Of a stretch of DNA of 64,000 nt, positions 56,797 through 64,000 are shown one piece after another (position 1 is the first letter of the stretch; every line of letters begins with the position of its first letter). Below the pieces are notes generated by a model, which worked only from the letters and a program-made list of their open reading frames with translations, searched no databases and was not told the origin of the DNA. Source of the DNA: Trichoplax adhaerens (lineage: Eukaryota; Animalia; Placozoa); the NCBI RefSeq assembly GCF_000150275.1, contig NW_002060943.1, positions 4,918,008-4,982,007 on the forward strand, written 5' to 3'. The translations under genes and the position numbers were made by a program.

Positions 56797-58216
56797 ATTT
56801 CAATTAAAATATGTACTGAAACGAATTACATAATATAAGACAAAACATGTAAATCTCATCCATGATTAACATTGTTTATCATTGTTGATGTCTTGTATAT
56901 AGATAATCCAATATTTTTTGTATATCAAACTGCAAATAAAAAAATCAATTACAAAACCATTTTAATTTTTCTGCTTCAGTAATTGAACTTAATGCCAAAA
57001 TATTTGAATATAATTATATTTCTAAACAAAGTTTCAACAACCATTCAGCAAAAACTCATTGCGCTTCCAGTTATACCTAATGCAAATACTAGATTAGATA
57101 CACGCATGCAAAGATAGTATTAGTTTAATTTTTACATTACAAATACAGCATGATATTGCTGATTTTCTAAAGTACTTTAATACGTTAAATGCATAAATTT
57201 ATGTAAATTACTACAATGAGTGTACATACCCTGTACGAAAGATAGCTGACTGACAGCGTCGATTATCAAGATCGCATTTTAATATGTCGGTATTGTTGTA
57301 TCGAAAGCATCATATCAAGAATGACTCAATTTATCAAAGCAAGCTACATTTAATCTTTAAGACCATAAGATTAGATAATATATATGTAATGTATATAAAT
57401 TAGTTGTAATAATATTATCTGCATCCTAAAATTGTTATTTAAGCAATAGACAGCTATAACCTGCTAAAATCATTTTACTGTGAATTACTAGTAAGTCAAA
57501 TGCATCGATCACAACACCGTTCTATCATCATATCAAGCTAATTAATAAATTTACCTGGATTACAGAGCATACAACTTAATACGTAAACATGAACGATATA
57601 ATATAAATAGCAATTGAATTCCTTGTGAAGAAAAAACATATTTACAACTATTAGGCTTTCAGACTTACCGGCATATTAGTGATAACAAGGATATATTTCG
57701 ACGTAATCCCTGTCTCACAATGATTTTAGTCCAATTTTATCTTCATTTAAATTATGATTGTCTTCTACTAATACCGAATTATCACATAACAAATTAATTA
57801 ATTAATCTAGATTGTATCTATGTTTAGCTATTAGTCAATACAAGATGAATTTTATTACAGTAGCGGTATACATTAGCAATTTAATTCTTTAATAAAATCG
57901 GAAACGAAGATCAATACCTTGCCAATAAAGCGATCTTTCATTCTATTCAGCAGGCTTGAATTTAATTAAAGAACCTTTATTTCTATTTATTTACTTGTGT
58001 TATTTAAATTAATGTAACTTAGCATGTAGTTATTTCACTGAGTAGCCGTACCATTTTAAAACTACTGAAACTGTTGATAATTTTAAACATTATCTTTATC
58101 ATGGAAAGAAATAAATAAACAGACGACGCCTATATTAAATTCTGGTAACAGTCTTTAAAACATACCGATATTGCCTATTCGTTTGTGCTTTGTACAAGCC
58201 TTTCAATTTATAAACA

Positions 58217-58844
58217 AGTCTTAAAACAGCTTTGCAACAAGATAACGTAATGTACGATCAATAAGTCAATTCCTTGAACCACGCATCTAGGAACGATATC
58301 TGCACTATCACAAACACTTTTGCTCTACTAGTAGACTACACAAAGACTTAGACGCTTCGTATTTTACGTTAAACTCTAACTTTATGAATCCACTTTATTA
58401 CACGATATACTGCATTTATATACTATTCCTCAATAGTTTATGAGCATAGTTAATACAATTAACATTAGAATCATTTACTGAATTAGATATTAATTTTAGC
58501 TACTGCTCCCTTAATGCAGACAACAGCATTTACGAACATAGACATCTGATGACTAATACAGAATAGTCAGATTACGATATGTCCTATCACGGAACATTTC
58601 TACGATAATTTACAATTTATCATAACTAAGTTACAATCACAATGAGTCGAACTGTAAGTAGATGATTTGCATTCCCTATTATAACTATTAATTCAGTATG
58701 TGTACATGTGTCATTATCATAAAAAGTCAGTGCTACATTAAAACACAGTATATCCAAATTAGAAGTTAACTAATTAAGGATAGTCTAACAGAATTATCCT
58801 AACATAGATATTTCTACTCTAATGCAGTATACAACACTGTCACA
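58217..58844. mobile_element. Solo LTR-like repeat, family B
   Basis: Highly similar to 41264-41893; ends TGTCACA; near-TSD AAACA/GAACA. Confidence 0.82.
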
Positions 58845-60288
58845 GAACATAATATACAAATATCACCAGCTGGAAAAAAACCGTTGCTAAGCATATTGAG
58901 GTAGTAGCTTTTGGAATAAATAATTTTTAACAGCTTTCAATTTTAAAGGTCTAGGAAGTAGCGTAGCTCCAAGCTATTACATCAAACTTCAACTAAGAAC
59001 AAACCATCATATAAGCCTAAAGCATTCCGTAAATCATTTACAAAAGTAGCTTTAACAAATTAGACTATAAAGTAAAATAATTTTTGCAAGACAGATTATA
59101 TTTATATATATTTATTTAATCCTTACAATATCAAATCGCTAAGTAAATCTGTTATTACAAAAGCCCTCTTAAAACTCAAACTGTTGCTCCTTTCATAAAA
59201 TCAACAGCATTCAATATGACATTTTACTATGTTTAATAGGCTACTGACCAGTATGGTTACGATAGCTCTAGCATTTACTAATTGTAACTACAGGAAAAAA
59301 GTGTATAGCCGTAATTTACGAAGTTAATATCAGAAGATCTTCAACTGTAGTGTAGTATGCCGTATTTGTAGAAGCATCATGCTATTAATTCAGCAATAGT
59401 TCAGAAATAGAACTTCTAATGAAGATACGCACATACATGCATACATATGACTGTAATCAGAAATACTACATTTATAGAAAACTAGTATCGAAATACTAAA
59501 TCGCAGTAGACATCATTAAAAAAAAGATAGCCTAAGCTATAGATCAAAGCGTACAAATTTCACCTGCATAATGTATGCATGCGATCAGGTTTCATAGCGG
59601 ATGATAAATATCGAATGTCATTTACACGTTTGCTGTCGTTGAATATTTTAGCATTTTAGAAAGCTGAATAGCTTTACATTATTTATGCATTGCTACACAA
59701 TTAACACTAGGCCAAATAAGTAGACATTAGCGCACTTAGAATTTCTTATAGCAATTTTAATGAGATATAAACCTCAAAACGCTCTTTAGCATTTAAGGCA
59801 ACAGTATTGCAAACTGGGATGTTATCGAACATCAATTTATATAATTTTTAAAGCTCTATGAACTTATTCGTAATTTTCAAAGTCAATATAACACATGCAA
59901 GCACCACAGAAATTGTAGGATCATACCAGATACTGTAAATAAAATTACGCCATGAGGATATGTAATCGTTTACGATTTTTCACCAGTAATGGTATCCTGC
60001 GATTTTATCATCTATGAAAACCGTAAGAATTTCGGAACCGAATTTAATCTATTATTTTTCTTTTCTAACCAAGGCTTTGAAAGTCAAGATTACAAGTAAA
60101 ACAATTGGTCCCTCTGAAAATATGCGTAATAATTGCTAAAACATGGAATTGCACATACTTAGAAGCCAAGTAATCTACAATTCCGGAATTAATAATGTTG
60201 AAGACAGTCTACTACTCAAATTAAACTGCTACAGTTTATTTGTAGAGCATAACTCCTCACATTTATACCAAAAGTTAGCATTTATGTC

Positions 60289-60920
60289 TGTTAAAAAACG
60301 GCTTTGCAACAAGATAACGTAATGCACGATCAGTCGAATCCCTGAACCACGTATCAGTGAGCAGTATCTACTCTTTCAGGAACTCTTTTCCTATACTAGT
60401 AGACCACAAAAAGACTTAGACGCCTCATACCTTACAATAAACGCTGATCATAAGAACTAACTTTATTATACGATTTATCGCATTTACATACTCTTTTACA
60501 ATAGCAAAGACATCCTAGTCAGTAATATTAACGTTGAAACCAGATAATGAATCAAAAGCTAATTTTGTCTACTGCTACCTAATGAATACAACAGTATTTA
60601 CGAACATAGACATCGAATTACTAATACAGAATTGTCAGATTACAATATGTCCTATCACGGAACATTTCTACGATAATCTACAATCTACCATAAGTAAATT
60701 ACAATCACAGTGATTTGAATTGTAAGAAGATAATTCTCAATTCCCTAATTAAACTACTAATTTCAGTAGGCTGTATATATCACCATAAAAGCTAGTGCTA
60801 TATATAAATATCACATATCTACATTAGAAACTCTTCATAAAAGGGTATATCAACAAAATTATCCTAACATAGATGTTTCTACTATAATTTCGATATTACA
60901 GTGTGTATAGCACTGTAACA
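60289..60920. mobile_element. Solo LTR-like repeat, family B (divergent copy)
   Basis: TGTT...AACA ends, near-TSD ATGTC/ACGTC; alignable by eye with the copies at 41264 and 58217. Confidence 0.8.
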
Positions 60921-63900
60921 ACGTCTTCTACAATTGATAGAAGCAATCGGTTACAGAAATTTTATAATTTGGAAGCATAAAACATCCTACGGGTATGTTG
61001 TTTATCAATCAGATACAACTGAATAAACTCCACAGATGTCAAATACTTAGTAACACACACTTTAGCATAAATACTAACGTTTAAGTGTAAATTTCGTACC
61101 TAAAGATAGCTCTTGAGCTAGGCTATATAAGAATCTGTATTTTAAAAGTACTATTTAGCTTGATTGCGTGTGATATACTGTTCCCTACGTATCTCAGTGT
61201 TGTTTTTATTGATAGTGCCGCAATTAGATTTAAGATTGCATTTAAATATAATATTTCCCTAGCCTATTGAAGTTCATTTATAGTCTGCTTTAAACCAGAC
61301 ATCGAAACTCTGGAGTGCTCTAGAGCTGTTTTATGAACATCTATTACCTGATTTCAAGTTTAAGCTAGTTTTTTATAGGCGAAGAAACATTGCAGTCAAG
61401 CTATCTAGAAGTTATTAGCAAAGATATCCATCAAGAATGTAACAGCGTCGACTTTACTAAGCCTGAATACTTGAAAATTAATTCACCGATACTTGAGAGA
61501 AGATAATTCCGTTTTAAATATCTGTATTAAGCAATACTTTAATGCCCTTAAATATATAAAATTTCATTACTCTCTCTTATCGCAAAATAGCCCTTATAAA
61601 GTCGTATAAATGCATTGCCTTCTGGTTGGTTTCAGTAATCTACTGTAGTTTGATCATTTGATGATCTTAATGCATACTACATAAATTATACGCTGAGACT
61701 AGATTTAATGGAGATTCAATTTGTAATGTATCGCATAAGCTGTTGCCTTTAATTGAATAATGAGCTCAAACTCAGACTTAGATTTACGTGGTTTCCAACA
61801 AATGTAAAACTGTAATAAAAGAGATATCCGATACACATTTTAGAAATAAAGCTCTAGCTGTCATACACTATGGGAGATATTGAGCTTCATATAAAATTAA
61901 AGTAGACTTGAGCCGTCTATTGAAAAAATTTTTATACTCGTTCTATCAATACGTTTAGAATAGCAATTGGAATGCGTTAGTTTAAGTGGATACTAACTTT
62001 TTATATAATTATTTATTTACGAAATAGGTCGTAATATTCTCACGACGAAAGATTGGTGTTCTATGGCTAATGAAGCATCGTTTATAAAATGAAAGGAATC
62101 ATGGCAATACAAGATTGTTACACTTTGTTGTCTATCGTAACAATAATTTAATAGTCCAGTAGGGCTTGAGTACTGAACAATCACGAGTCCAATATAGCTT
62201 AAGTACCGAACTAACTTTATTATGCGTTAGGAGCCGTTATGTATAAGAGACAATTACCAGTAATGTGCAATAACGGACATACCATGAATGTTAACGACAA
62301 TCTTATCTTATTCATAATAAGATAACAACTTATTTTCTTAGATATGCTATCTAGGACTTAATCGTCATCATTACAGAACAACTGCAGAAATATACTGAAT
62401 AAACAGGCTTATTCAATATGATAGATCTTATCGATACTATGTCTACAACGACTGTATTATTTCGTAACAAAGATGCAGCGCAATAGAAAAGTTTCTTAGC
62501 TTAAAAATTATCCAGTAACAAAACACCAATCAAAACTTTCAGTTCCGTTCTCAGCGTTTAAATATTGATCGCACATTTATGTATTATTAATCGCTGCATT
62601 AAATTTTCTTTCATAGTTATCAAGATAAAATGCAATTAATGGCATGATAGTATCCAGCAAGGCGATTTACTACGATAAAAGCAAATAACAGAAAAGACTA
62701 AGAATATAAGCAGGTAGGTAACTTATACAAGCTAATAACAGCCAACACTTCATCCTATCTCGATAGGTTCTACTCTTTAACTAAATCACACTGGATTGCA
62801 CCGTATCAAATATCAGCAGCGGCATCTCATCCATTAAGTACATTTTTCATCTCCTACAAAGTAGATAAAATAATTTCTGAGCTTTAAATCACATTTAGTG
62901 ATATAATACACTCCCAATTTCAGAACCATCCTAACTCAAACATCGAAAAACTGTAATTAAAATACTTTTCTGCCTTATAGTATCATAGCAACATCCCATA
63001 TACTATATGTTATATCTGCAATTACCATCATTTGTAATATAAAATAATTGTTAATTCACACTGCAATCAAACTTAAACTACCTCCAAGAAACATAGCAAT
63101 TTCTCTTATTTAAATTAATCATTAACTTCTTGCTATTCTGAAAAAAATTAATGTAATACACAAGCTAGCACCTCCTCGATACCATTACGTTCCCGAATTT
63201 ATTACGATCATTTAAAATTTAAATCCAGATAATCGTATATTTGATCTCCCAACTAATAAAACGACATATCATGAAGACAGCAATTTTTGTACATATATAA
63301 TAGCAGATAGTATTTAAACGTACCCTTGATGTCTACCGTAATCATTGTAAGGAGTTGATAGCTGCTGAATAGACAGGTTTTTTTGATAAAAGCACTGTAG
63401 AATATTAAGTAATATCCCATAATTTAACGTGTCATTGGATTATATTATGGCTTATATGAGTGAATAGGTTGACGGAAAAGACAAACAGAATTTAAATATA
63501 ATATCAATAAGAAACTGCAACTACATGCTGGATACTCATTGATGCAGAACAACTCGACTAATAATGCAACTTTTATCGTTTAATGCCCCTTTCATCCAGG
63601 AAGACGATCGATAAAAACAAAGTAAAGTGTTTTGAGTTTCATAATATTTACTATTGTAAAACCCATCAGGATCTTGGCTTACTTTTTGCTCCTCATCCAT
63701 AAATGAATAGTTACTATTAATAATTTATACACCAAAATATTACTGAACTTATATCCTTAATAGAAAACGAATCAATATCTATAAGAAACTGCGTTCATAA
63801 TATTAATCGTATAAACACATTTAGTGCGAATATTTTTCTTAAGTATTCCAATTATTTTGCTTAAAATCTCCCATGTTGTCAGTTAAGCAATTCAGTAAAG

Positions 63901-64000
63901 TTTTTGAAACTATATTTGTTAATGATAAACTCAAAATTAAAGAAACGTTATGTAATAGCTTCCACTATTACGCTAGGTCCTAAGTTTATGTCTTACGTAG

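Overview
AT-rich eukaryotic (animal) genomic DNA. GT-AG introns, base composition and the GPCR types suggest a non-bilaterian such as a placozoan; that is inference only. The main feature, almost invisible in the ORF track, is a ~21-kb minus-strand gene (35575->14314) reconstructed by hand as 54 exons: signal peptide, one atypical LDLa module, a Cys-containing linker and LRR N-cap, 48 single-LRR exons (43 exactly 72 nt, all phase 2-2) and one terminal hinge+7TM exon. It encodes a ~1750-aa RXFP/GRL101-type (LGR type C) receptor with an exceptionally long LRR array. A second, intronless rhodopsin-like orphan GPCR with degenerate activation motifs lies at 55795-56796 (+). The rest is intergenic or intronic DNA carrying solo LTRs of at least five families (TGT...ACA ends, 4-5 bp TSDs, TATA/Inr/AATAAA), including a nested insertion, with no recognisable gag/pol. 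Helitron-like 3' termini and a few small palindromic elements are also present. All coordinates were read by eye.
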